A DNA stretch of 64,000 nucleotides from Mobula hypostoma (taxonomy: Eukaryota): contig NC_086108.1 of assembly GCF_963921235.1 (NCBI RefSeq), forward strand, positions 115,136,001-115,200,000, read 5' to 3'. Below are positions 50,213 through 63,740 of this stretch, piece by piece (the first letter of the stretch is position 1; every line of letters begins with the position of its first letter). The notes beneath the pieces are model-generated. The model saw only the letters and a list, made by a program, of their open reading frames with translations. It was not told the DNA's origin and did no database searches. Both the position numbers and the translations under genes were made by a program.

Positions 50213-50284
50213 GGATTTGCTCGAAAATGCTTTCACATTCTGGACAGGTCTTTACAATGGATGAATCTTCACTGCCAGGCATCA
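50213..50284 (+). CDS. Candidate exon (72 nt) of the unidentified + strand gene; possible start (MLSHSGQVFT)MDESSLPGI
   Basis: Unique sequence between two arrays. Acceptor ctctttctgttgggcag, weak donor TCA|gtatgg, strong-context acaATGg at 50257. Confidence 0.4.
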
Positions 50285-50479
50285 GTATGGCTGTGCTGTG
50301 ATGCGGGATGAGGTTGGATTGGACCTTGTGTGTGGAATCATAGAGTCGTGCAGAAATAGCCCCTTCAGCTCACTTCATTCATGCCCATCCCCACTAATCC
50401 AGTCTTCCTGCTTTTGGTTCTATCTGATTCCACCACCTTTTCTGGGAGTGTGTTCCAGATTACCACCCTGTTTGCCTGA

Positions 50480-50564
50480 CTCCCATCAACGAGGAGCATC
50501 CACGCTGGGACCACCAGACTCAGAAACAGTGACTCTTCCCAAGGAGTGAGGCTGATCAAGACCA
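50480..50564 (+). mobile_element. Rex1-type LINE ORF end, left of the satellite
   Basis: GGACCACCAGACTCAGAAACAGTGACTCTTCCCAAGGAGTGAGGCTGATCAA matches 26336-26387. Confidence 0.8.
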
Positions 50565-53500
50565 CTACCCATGAACCCACCCTCCACACCCAACCACTAA
50601 CCCACCCCTCCACACCCCCACCCAGTAACCCACCCCACCACACCCCCAACCACTAACCCACCCCTCCACACCCCAACCACTAACCCATCCCTCCACATCC
50701 CCACCCAGTAACCCAACCCTCCGCATCCCAACCACTAACCCACCCCTCCAAACCCCCACCCAGTAACCCACTCCTCCACACCCCCAACAACTAACCCACC
50801 CCTCCACACCCCCACCCAGTAACCCACCCCTCCACACCCCCAACCACTAACCCACCCTCCACACCCCGAACCACTAACCCACCCCTCCGCATCCCAACCA
50901 CTAACCCACCCCTCCACACACCCACCCACTAACCCACCCCTCCACACCCTACCCACTAACCCACCCCTCCACACCCCCACCCAGTAACCCACCCCTCCAC
51001 ACCCCCACCCAGTAACCCACTCCTCCACATCCCCACCCACTAACCCACCCCTCCACACCCCCACCCAGTAACCCACCCCTCCACACCAGCAACCACTAAC
51101 CCACCCCTCCACACCCCCAACCACTAACCCACCCCTCCACACCCCCACCCTCTAGCCCACCCCTCCACACCCCCAACCACTAACCCATCCCTCCACACCC
51201 CCAACCACTAACTCACCCCTCCACACCGCGAACCACTAACCCACCCCTCCACACCCCCACCCTCTAAGCCACCCCTCCACACCCCCACCCACTAACCCAT
51301 CCCTCCACACCCCCAACCACTAACCCTCCACATCCCCACCCACTAACCCACCCCCCACACACCCACTCACTAACCCAACCCCTCCACACCCCCACCCACT
51401 AACCCAACCCTCCACACCGCACCCTCTAACCCACCCCTCCACACCCCCACCCAATAACCCACCCCTCCACAACCCCACCCACTAACCCACCCCTCCACAC
51501 CCCGAACCACTAACCCACCCCTCCACACCCCCACCCACTAACCCAACCCTCCACACCCACACCCATTAACCTAACCCTCCACACCCCCACCCTCTAACCC
51601 ACCCCTCCACACCCCCACCCACTAACCCATCCCTCCACACCCCCAACCACTAACCCACCCCTCCACATCCCCACCCACTAACCCACCCCCCCACACACCC
51701 ACCCACTAACCCACCCCTCCAGACCTCAACCACTAACCCACCCCTCCACACCCCCACCCACTAACCCAACTCCTCCACACCCTGATCAACTAACTCATCT
51801 CTCCACACCCCCACCCACTAACCCAACCCTCCACACCCCCGACCAATAACCCACCCCTCCACACCCCGAACCACTAACCCACCCCTCCATACCCCAACCA
51901 CTAACCCACCCCTCCACACCCCACCCACTAACCCACCCCTCCACACCCCCACCCACTAACCCACCCCTCCACACCCCCAACTACTTACCTCACCCCTCCA
52001 CAACCCCAACCACTAATCCACCCCTCCACACCCCAACCACTAACCCACCCCTTCACACCCCCACCCACTAACCCACCCCTCCACACCCCCACTCACTAAC
52101 CCACCCCTCCACACCCCGAACCACTAACTCACCCCTCCACACCCCCACCCACTAACCCACCCCTCCACACCCCCGACCAATAACCCACCCCTCCACATCC
52201 CCACCCACTAACCCACCCCTCCACACCCCAACCACTAACCCACCCCTCCACACCCCCACCCACTAACCCACCCCTCCACACCCCCAACCACTAACCCACC
52301 CCTCCACACCCCAACCACTAACCCACCCCTCCACACCCCCACCCACTAACCCACCCCTCCACACCCCCAACCACTAACCCACCCCTCCACACCCCAACCA
52401 CTAACCCACCCCTCCACACCCCCACCCACTAACCCACCCCTCCACACCCCCAACCACTAATCCACCCCTCCACACCCCCACTCACTAACCCACCCCTCCA
52501 CACCCCCACCCAATAACCCACCCCTCCACAACCCCACCCACTAACCCACCCCTCCACACCCCGAACCACTAACCCACCCCTCCACACCCCCACCCACTAA
52601 CCCAACCCTCCACACCCACACCCATTAACCTACCCCTCCACACCCCCACCCTCTAACCCACCCCTCCACACCCCCACCCACTAACCCATCCCTCCACACC
52701 CCCAACCACTAACCCACCCCTCCACATCCCCACCCACTAACCCACCCCCCCACACACCCACTCACTAACCCAACCCCTCCACACCCCCACCCACTAACCC
52801 AACTCCTCCACACCCTGATCAACTAACTCATCTCTCCACACCCCCACCCACTAACCCACCCCTCCACACCCCCGACCAATAACCCACCCCTCCACACCCC
52901 GAACCACTAACCCACCCCTCCATACCCCAACCACTAACCCACCCCTCCACACCCCACCCACTAACCCACCCCTCCACACCCCCACCCACTAACCCACCCC
53001 TCCACACCCCCAACTACTTACCTCACCCCTCCACAACCCCAACCACTAATCCACCCCTCCACACCCCAACCACTAACCCACCCCTTCACACCCCCACCCA
53101 CTAACCCACCCCTCCACACCCCCACTCACTAACCCACCCCTCCACACCCCGAACCACTAACTCACCCCTCCACACCCCCACCCACTAACCCACCCCTCCA
53201 CACCCCCGACCAATAACCCACCCCTCCACATCCCCACCCACTAACCCACCCCTCCACACCCCAACCACTAACCCACCCCTCCACACCCCCACCCACTAAC
53301 CCACCCCTCCACACCCCCAACCACTAACCCACCCCTCCACACCCCCACCCACTAACCCACCCCTCCACACCCCCACCCACTAACCCACCCCTCCACACCC
53401 CCAACCACTAACCCACCCCTCCACACCCCAACCACTAACCCACCCCTCCACACCCCCACCCACTAACCCACCCCTCCACACGCCCGACCAATAACCCACC

Positions 53501-56500
53501 CCTCCACACCCCGAACCACTAACCCACCCCTCCATACCCCAACCACTAACCCACCCCTCCACACCCCACCCACTAACCCACCCCTCCACACCCCCACCCA
53601 CTAACCCACCCCTCCACACCCCCAACTACTTACCTCACCCCTCCACAACCCCAACCACTAATCCACCCCTCCACACCCCAACCACTAACCCACCCCTTCA
53701 CACCCCCACCCACTAACCCACCCCTCCACACCCCCACTCACTAACCCACCCCTCCACACCCCGAACCACTAACTCACCCCTCCACACCCCCACCCACTAA
53801 CCCACCCCTCCACACCCCCGACCAATAACCCACCCCTCCACATCCCCACCCACTAACCCACCCCTCCACACCCCAACCACTAACCCACCCCTCCACACCC
53901 CCACCCACTAACCCACCCCTCCACACCCCCAACCACTAACCCACCCCTCCACACCCCCACCCACTAACCCACCCCTCCACACCCCCAACCACTAACCCAC
54001 CCCTCCACACCCCAACCACTAACCCACCCCTCCACACCCCCACCCACTAACCCACCCCTCCACACCCCCAACCACTAATCCACCCCTCCACACCCCCACT
54101 CACTAACCCACCCCTCCACACCCCACCCACTAACCCACCCCTCCACACCCCCAACCACTAACCCACCCCTCCACACCCCCACCCACTAACCCACCCCTCC
54201 ACACCCCCAACCACTAACCCACCCCTCCACACCTCAACCACTAACCCACCCCTCCACACCCCCACCCACTAACCCACCCCTCCACACCCCCAACCACTAA
54301 CTCACCCCTCCACACCCCCACCCACTAACCCACCCCTCCACACCCCCACTCACTAACCCACCCCTCCACACCCCCACTCACTAACCTACCCCTCCACACC
54401 CCGAACCACTAACTCACCCCTCCACACCCCACCCACTAACCCACCCCTCCACACCCCCGACCAATAACCCACCCCTCTACACCCCCGACCAATAACCCAC
54501 CCCTCCACACCCACACCCATTAACCCACCCCTCCACACCCCCACCCACTAACCCACCCCTCCACATCCCCACCCACTAACCCACCCCTCCACATCCCCAC
54601 CCACTAACCCAGCCCTCCACACCCCCAACCACTAACCCAGCCCTCCACACCCCCAACCACTAACCCACCCCTCCACACCCCAACCACTAATCCACCCCTC
54701 CACACCCCCACCCACTAACCCACCCCTCCACACCCACACCCATTAACCCACCCCTCCACACCCCCACCCACTAACCCACCCCTCCACATCCCCAGCCTCT
54801 AACCCAGCCCTCCACACCCCCAACCACTAACCCACCCCTCCACACCCCGTCCACTAACCCACCCCTCCACACCCCAACCACTAAACCACCCCTCCACACC
54901 CCCACCCACTAATCCACCCCTCCACACCCCAACCACTAACCCACCCCTCCACACCCCCACCCACTAACCCAACCCCTCCACACCCTGAACAACTAAATCA
55001 TCTCTCCACACCCCCACCCACTAATCCACCCCTCCACACCCCAACCACTAACCCACCCCTCCACACCCCCACCCACTAACCCAACCCCTCCACACCCTGA
55101 ACAACTAAATCATCTCTCCACACCCCAACCACTAACGCACCCCTCCACACCCCCACTCACTAACCCACCCCTCCACACCCCCACTCACTAACCTACCCCT
55201 CCACACCCCGAACCACTAACTCACCCCTCCACACCCCCACCCACTAACCCACCCCTCCACACCCACACCCATTAACCCACCCCTCCACACCCCCACCCAC
55301 TAATCCACCCCTCCACACCCCAACCACTAACCCACCCCTCCACACCCCCACCCACTAACCCAACCCCTCCACACCCTGAACAACTAACTCATCTCTCCAC
55401 ACACCCACCCTCTAACACACCCCTCCACACCCCAACCACTAACACACCCCTCCACACCCCCAACCACTAACCCACCCCTCCACACCCCCACTCACTAACC
55501 CACCCCTCCACACCCCCACTCACTAACCTACCCCTCCACACCCCGAACCACTAACTCACCCCTCCACACCCCCACCCACTAACCCACCACTCTACACCCA
55601 CACCCATTAACCCACCCCTCCACACCCCCACCCACTAACCCACCCCTCCACATCCCCACCCACTAACCCACCCCTCCACATCCCCACCCACTAACCCACC
55701 CCTCCACAGCCCGAACCACTAAACCAGCCCTCCACACCCCCAACCACTAACCCAGCCCTCCACACCCCCAACCACTAACCCAGCCCTCCACACCCCGACC
55801 ACTAACCCACCCCTCCACACCCCCAACCACTAACCCACCCCTCCACACCTCCAACCACTAACCCACCCCTCCACACCCCCACTCACTAACCCACCCCTCC
55901 ACACCCCGAAGCACTAACTCACCCCTCCACACCCCCACCCACTAACCCACCCCTCCACACCCCCGACCAATAACCCACCCCTCCACACCCCCACCCACTA
56001 ACCCACCCCTCCACACCCCACCCACTAACCCACCCCTCCACACCCCCGACCAATAACCCACCCCTCCACACCCCCACCCACTAACCCACCCCTCCACACC
56101 CCACCCACTAACACACCCCTCCACACCCCCAACCACTAACCCACCCTCCACACCCCCACCCACTAACCCACCCCTCCACACCCCCAACCACTAACCCACC
56201 CCTCCACACCTCAACCACTAACCCACCCCTCCACACCCCCACCCACTAACCCACCCCTCCACACCCCCACTCACTAACCAACTCCTCCACACCCCGGACC
56301 ACTAACTCACCCCTCCAATCCCCCGACCAATAACCCACCCCTCCACACCCCCACCGACTAACCCACCCCTCCACACCCCAACCACTAACCCACCCCTCCA
56401 CACCCCCACCCACTAACCCACCCCTCCACACCCCCAACCACTAACCCACCCCTCCACACCCCACCCACTAACCCACCCCTCCACACCCCCACCCTCTAAC

Positions 56501-59500
56501 CCACCCCTCCACACCCCACCCACTAACCCACCCCTCCACACCCCCGACCAATAACCCACCCCTCCACACCCCCACCCACTAACCCACCCCTCCACACCCC
56601 ACCCACTAACCCACCCCTCCACACCCTCAACCACTAACCCACCCCTCCACACCCCCACCCACTAACCCACCCCTCCACACCCCCAACCACTAACCCACCC
56701 CTCCACACCTCAACCACTAACCCACCCCTCCACACCCCCACCCACTAACCCACCCCTCCACACCCCCACTCACTAACCCACCCCTCCACACCCCGGACCA
56801 CTAACTCACCCCTCCAATCCCCCGACCAATAACCCACCCCTCCACACCCCCACCCACTAACCCACCCCTCCACACCCCAACCACTAACCCACCCCTCCAC
56901 ACCCTCACCCACTAACCCACCCCTCCACACCCCCAACCACTAACCCACCCCTCCACACCCCACCCACTAACCCACCCCTCCACACCCCCACCCACTCACC
57001 CACCCCTCCACACCCCCAACCACTAACCCACCCCTCCACACCCCCAACCACTAACCCACCCCTCCACACCTCAACCACTAACCCACCCCTCCACACCCCC
57101 ACCCACTAACCCACCCCTCCACACCCCCACTCACTAACCCACCCCTCCACACCCCCGACCAATAACCCACCCCTCCACACCCCCACCCACTAACCCACCC
57201 CTCCACACCCTCACCCACTAACCCACCCCTCCACACCCCCAACCACTAACCCACCCCTCCACACCCCCAACCACTAATCCACCCCTCCACACCCCCAACC
57301 ACTAACCCACCCCTCCACACCCCCAACCACTAATCCACCCCTCCACACCCCCACCCACTAACCTACCCCTCCACTCCCCCACCCACTAACCCAACCCCTC
57401 CACACCCCCACCCAGAAACCCACCCCTCCACACCCCCACCCACTAACCCACCCCTCCAGACCCCACCCACTAACCCACCCCTCCACACCCCCAACCACTA
57501 ACCCACCCCTCCACACCCCCAACCCCTAACCCACCCCTCCACACCCCCACTCACTAACCCACCCCTCCACACCCCGGACCACTAACTCACCCCTCCACTC
57601 CCCCGACCAATAACCCACCCCTCCACACCCCCACCCACTAACCCACCCCTCCACATCCCCACCCACTAACCCAGCCCTCCACACCCCCAACCACTAACCC
57701 ACCCCTCCACAACCCCACCCACTAACTCACCCCTCCACTCCCCCGACCAATAACCCACCCCTCCACACCCCCACCCACTAATCCACCCCTCCACACCCCC
57801 ACCCACTAACCCACCCCTCCACACCCCGACTCACTAACCCACCCCTCCACACCCCCACCCACTAACCCAACTCCTCCACACCCTGAACAACTAACTCATC
57901 TCTCCACACCCCCACCCTCTAACACACCCCTCCACACCCCCACTCACTAACCCACCCCTCCACTCCCCCACCCACTAACCCACCCCTCCACACCCCCACC
58001 CACTAACCCACCCCTCCACACCCCACCCACGAACCCACCCCTCCACACCCCCGACCAATAACCCACCCCTCCACACCCCCACCCACTAACCCACCCCTCT
58101 ACACCCCCGACCAATAACCCACCCCTCCACACCCCCACCCACTAACCCACCCCTCCACACCCCCGACCAATAACCCACCCCTCCACACCCCCACCCACTA
58201 ACCCACCCCTCCACACCCCACCCACTAACCCACCCCTCCACACCCCCGACCAATAACCCACCCCTCCACACCCCCACCCACTAACCCACCCTTCCACACC
58301 CCACCCACTAAACCACCCCTCCACACCCCCAACCACTAACCCACCCCTCCAGACCTCAACCACTAACCCACCCCTCCACACCCCCACCCACTAACCCACC
58401 CCTCCACACCCCCACTCACTAACCCACCCCTCCACACCCCGGACCACTAACTCACCCCTCCACACCCCCGACCAATAACCCACCCCTCCACACCCCCACC
58501 CACTAACCCACCCCTCCACACCCCAACCACTAACCCACCCCTCCACACCCCCACCCACTAACCCACCCCTCCACACCCTCACCCACTAACCCACCCCTCC
58601 ACACCGCCAACCACTAACCCACACCTCCACACCCCCAACCACTAATCCACCCCTCCACACCCCCACCACTAACCCACCCCTCCACTCCCCCACCCACTAA
58701 CCCAACCGCTCCACACCCCCACCCACAAACCCACCCCTCCACACCCCCACCCACTAACCCACCCCTCCACACCCCACCCACTAACCCACCCCTCCCACAC
58801 CCCCAACCACTAACCCACCCCTCCACACCCCCAACCACTAACCCACCCCTCCACACCTCAACTACTAACCCACCCCTCCACACCCCCACCCACTAACCCA
58901 CCCCTCCACACCCCCACTCACTAACCCACCCCTCCACACCCCGGACCACTAACTCACCCCTCCACACCCCCGACCAATAACCCACCCCTCCACACCCCCT
59001 CCCACTAACCCACCCCTCCACACCCCAACCACTAACCCACCCCTCCACACCCCCAACCACTAACCCACCCCTCCAGACCTCAACCACTAACCCACCCCTC
59101 CACACCCCCACCCACTAACCCACCCCTCCACACTCCCACTCACTAACCCACCCCTCCTCACCCCGGACCACTAACTCACCCCTCCACACCCCCGACCAAT
59201 AACCCACCCCTCCACACCCCCACCCACTAACCCACCCCTCCACACCCCACCCACTAACCCACCCCTCCACACCCCCAACCACTAACCCACCCCTCCACAC
59301 CTCAACCACTAACCCACCCCTCCACACCCCCACTCACTAACCCACCCCTCCACACCCCCAATCACTAACCCACCCCTCCACACCCCGGACCACTAACTCA
59401 CCCCTCCACACCCCCGACCAATAACCCACCCCTCCACACCCCCACCCACTAACCCACCCCTCCACACCCCCACCCACTAACCCACCCCTCCACACCCCAA

Positions 59501-62500
59501 CCACTAACCCACCCCTCCACACCCCCACCCACTAACCCACCCCTCCACACCCTCACCCACTAACCCACCCCTCCACACCCCCAACCACTAATCCACCCCT
59601 CCACACCCCCACCCACTAACCCACCCCTCCACTCCCCCACCCACTAACCCAACCCCTCCACACCCCCAACCACTAACCCAACCCCTCCACACCCCAACCA
59701 CTAACCCACCCCTCCACACCCCCACCCACTAACCCACCCCTCCACAACCCCACCCACTAACCCACCCCACCACACCCCCACCCACTAACCCACCCCTCCA
59801 CACCCCAAACCACTAACCCACCCCTCCACACCCCCAACCACTAACCCACCCCTCCACACCTCAACCACTAACCCACCCCTCCACACCCCCACCCACTAAC
59901 CCACCCCTCCACACCCCCACTCACTAACCCTCCCCTCCACACCCCGGCCACTAACTCACCCCTCCACACCCCCGACCAATAACCGACCCCTCCACACCCC
60001 CACCCACTCTCCCACCCCTCCACACCCCAACCACCCCTCCACACCCCCACCCACTAACCCACCCCTCCACACCCCCACTCACTAACCCACCCCTCCACAC
60101 CCCGGACCACTAACTCACCCCTCCACAACCCTAACACCCCTCCACACCCCCACCCACTAACCCACCCCTCCACACCCTCACCCACTAACCCACCCCTCCA
60201 CACCCCCAACCACTAACCCACCCCTCCACACCCCCAACCACTAACCCACCCCTCCACACCCCCAACCCACTAACCCACTCCTCCACACCCCCACCCACTA
60301 ATCCACCCCTCCACACCCCACCACTAACCCACCCCTCCACTCCCCCACCCACTAACCCAACCGCTCCACACCCCCACCCACAAACCCACCCCTCCACACC
60401 CCCACCCACTAACCCACCCCTCCACACCCCCAACCACTAACCCACCCCTCCACACCCCCAACCACTAACCCACCCCTCCACACCTCAACTACTAACCCAC
60501 CCCTCCACACCCCCACCCACTAACCCACCCCTCCACACCCCCACTCACTAACCCACCCCTCCACACCCCGGACCACTAACTCACCCCTCCACACCCCCGA
60601 CCAATAACCCACCCCTCCACACCCCCACCCACTAACCCACCCCTCCACACCCCAACCACTAACCCACCCCTCCACACCCCCAACCACTAACCCACCCCTC
60701 CAGACCTCAACCACTAACCCACCCCTCCACACCCCCACCCACTAACCCACCCCTCCACACCCCCACTCACTAACCCACCCCTCCACACCCCGGACCACTA
60801 ACTCACCCCTCCACACCCTCGACCAATAACCCACCCCTCCACACCCCCACCCACTAACCCACCCTCACACCCCCACCCACTAACCCACCCCTCCACAACC
60901 CCACCCACTAACCCACCCCACCACACCCCCACCCACTAACCCACCCCTCCACACCCCCACCCACTAACCCACCCCTCCACACCCCCACTCACTAACCCTC
61001 AACCGACCCCTCCACACCCCCACCCACTCTCCCACCCCTCCACACCCCAACCACTAACCTACCCCTCCACACCCCCACCCACTAACCCACCCCTCCACAC
61101 CCTCACCCACTAACCCACCCCTCCACACCCCCAACCACTAACCCACCCCTCCACACCCCCAACCACTAACCCACCCCTCCACACCCCCAACCCACTAAAC
61201 ACCCCGAACCCAACCTCAACCACTAACCCACCCCTCCACACCCCCACTCACTAACCCACCCCTCCACACCCCCACTCACTAACCCACCCCTCCACACCCC
61301 GGACCACTAACTCACCCCTCCACACCCCCGACCAATAACCCACCCCTCCACACCCCCACCCACTAACCCACCCCTCCACACCCCAACCACTAACCCACCC
61401 CTCCACACCCCCACCCACTAACCCACCCCTCCACACCCTCACCCACTAACCCACCCCTCCACACCCCGAACCACTAACCCACCCCTCCACACCCCCAACC
61501 ACTAATCCACCCCTCCACACCCCCACCCACTAACCCACCCCTCCACTCCCCCACCCACTAACCCAACCCCTCCACACCCCCAACCACTAACCCAACCCCT
61601 CCACACCCCAACCACTAACCCACCCCTCCACACCCCCACCCACTAACCCACCCCTCCACACCCCCACCCACTAACCCACCCCACCACACCCCCACCCACT
61701 AACCCACCCCTCCACACCCCAAACCACTAACCCACCCCTCCACACCCCCAACCACTAACCCACCCCTCCACACCTCAACCACTAACCCACCCCTCCACAC
61801 CCCCACCCACTAACCCACCCCTCCACACCCCCACTCACTAACCCACCCCTCCACACCCCAGACCACTAACTCACCCCTCCACACCCCCGACCAATAACCC
61901 ACCCCTCCACACCCCCACCCACTAACCCACCCCTCCACACCCCCACCCACTAACCCACCCCTCCACACCCCCAACCACTAACCCACCCCTCCACACCCCC
62001 AACCACTAACCCACCCCTCCACACCCCGGACCACTAACTCACCCCTCCACACCCCCGACCAATAACCGACCCCTCCACACCCCCACCCACTCTCCCACCC
62101 CTCCACACCCCAACCACTAACCCACCCCTCCACACCCCCACCCACTAACCCACCCCTCCACACCCTCACCCAGTAACCCACCCTTCCACACCCCCAACCA
62201 CTAACCCACCCCTGCACACCCCCAACCACTAACCCACCCCTCCACACCCCCAACCCACTAACCCACCCCTCCACACCCCCACCCACTAACCCACCCCTCG
62301 ACACCCCCACCCACTAACCCATCCCTCCATACCCCAAACCACTAACCCACCCCTCCACATCCCCACCCACTAACCCACCCCTCCACACCCCCACCCACTA
62401 ACCCACCCCACCACACCCCCACCCACTAACCCACCCCTCCACACCCCGACCCACTAACCCACCCCTCCACACCCCCAACCACTAACCCACCCCTCCACAC

Positions 62501-63321
62501 CCCCACTCACTAACCCACCCCTCCACACCCCCACTCACTAACCCACCCCTCCACACCCCCACCCACTAACCCATCCCTCCATACCCCAAACCACTAACCC
62601 ACCCCTCCACATCCCCACCCACTAACCCACCCCTCCACACCCCCAACCACTAACCCACCCCACCACACCCCCACCCACTAACCCACCCCTCCACAACCCG
62701 AACCACTAACCCACCCCTCCACACCCCCAACCACTAACCCACCCCTCCACACCCCCACTCACTAACCCACCCCTCCACACCCCCACCCACTAACCCACCC
62801 CTCCACACCCCCACCCACTAACCCAACCCCTCCACACCCCCACCCACAAACCCACCCCTCCACACCCCCACCCACTAACCCAACCCCTCCACACCCCAAC
62901 CACTAACCCACCCCTCCACACCCCTACCCACTAACCCACCCCTCCACACCCCCACCCACTAACCCACCCCTCCACACCCCCAACCACTAACCCACCCCTC
63001 CACACCCCCACCCATTAACCCAACCCCTCCACACCCCAACCACTAACCCACCCCTCCACACCCTCACCCACTAACCCACCCCTCCACACCCCCAACCACT
63101 AACCCACCGCTCCACACCCCCACCCACTAACCCACCCTTCCACACCCCGAACCACTAACCCACCCCTCCACACCCCCACCCACTAACCCACCCCTCCACA
63201 CCCCCAACCACTAACCCACCCCACCACACCCCCAACCACTAACCCACCCCTCCACACCCCCACTCACTAACCCACCCCTCCACACACCACCCTCTAACCC
63301 ACCCCTCCACACCCCCACCCA
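50565..63321. repeat. ~12.8 kb C-rich satellite, 27-28 bp unit CCCACTAACCCACCCCTCCACACCCCCA, about 460 copies
   Basis: Directly visible. Variant units recur in higher-order blocks. Confidence 0.99.
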
Positions 63322-63562
63322 CCACTACTTTATCATTTCCCGTCAGTCACCTTGTGTACGGACACTGCTGTGCCTAGCGTCACTTTATGGACATACAATC
63401 AATCAATTTATATAAGCTATCTTGTGTATTTATATTATTGTATTTTTAAATTATTATTGTGTTCTTTATCTCACTGTTCTTGTGAGCTGCATCTGATCCA
63501 GAGTAACAATTAGTTTGTTCTTTTCACTGGAGATGACATTAAACAATCTTGAATCTTGAATC
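63322..63562 (+). mobile_element. Rex1-type LINE 3' UTR and (TCTTGAA)n tail, right of the satellite
   Basis: CCACTACTTTATCATTTCC...GTGCCTAGCGTCAC...GACATACAATCAATC...TCTTGAATCTTGAA is the reverse complement of 28405-28668. Confidence 0.88.
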
Positions 63563-63666
63563 AACTGCTCTGTAAAATTTAAAAACTTTCCACTCAGATA
63601 TATTTTCATGTTCTCTCCTGTCACCTTAATCCCATGCCCTTTTGCTTTTGATAACTCCTATTACAG

Positions 63667-63740
63667 GAGAAGATTCAAACTATCTACGCCTCTTAAAATT
63701 GTTCTTCACTCCTCATTCTCATATCAGGCATGGCAACAGC
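63667..63740 (+). CDS. Candidate exon (74 nt) of the unidentified + strand gene: (R)EDSNYLRLLKLFFTPHSHIRHGNS if joined in phase 1
   Basis: Long pyrimidine tract ending ttacag, donor AGC|gtaaga, non-repetitive sequence, phase-compatible with 50213-50284. Confidence 0.5.

Noticed and set aside
47301..50301. Long + strand ORFs (up to 421 aa) rich in Cys/His/Trp/Val
   Set aside because: They are translations of the 42-46 bp tandem repeat, open in several frames, with no domain or splice support.
50565..62310. Many minus-strand Gly/Trp/Val ORFs
   Set aside because: They are artefacts of the 28-bp satellite cycling through reading frames.
50565..63321. Interstitial telomere array
   Set aside because: There is only one CTAACCC per 28-bp unit and no (CCCTAA)n run; the unit traces to a LINE 3' region.
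63621..63630. U12-type branch point-like TCACCTTAAT before the candidate exon
   Set aside because: It lies ~36 nt from the AG with an intervening pyrimidine tract, and neither candidate upstream donor (gtatgg, gtaggt) is U12-type.
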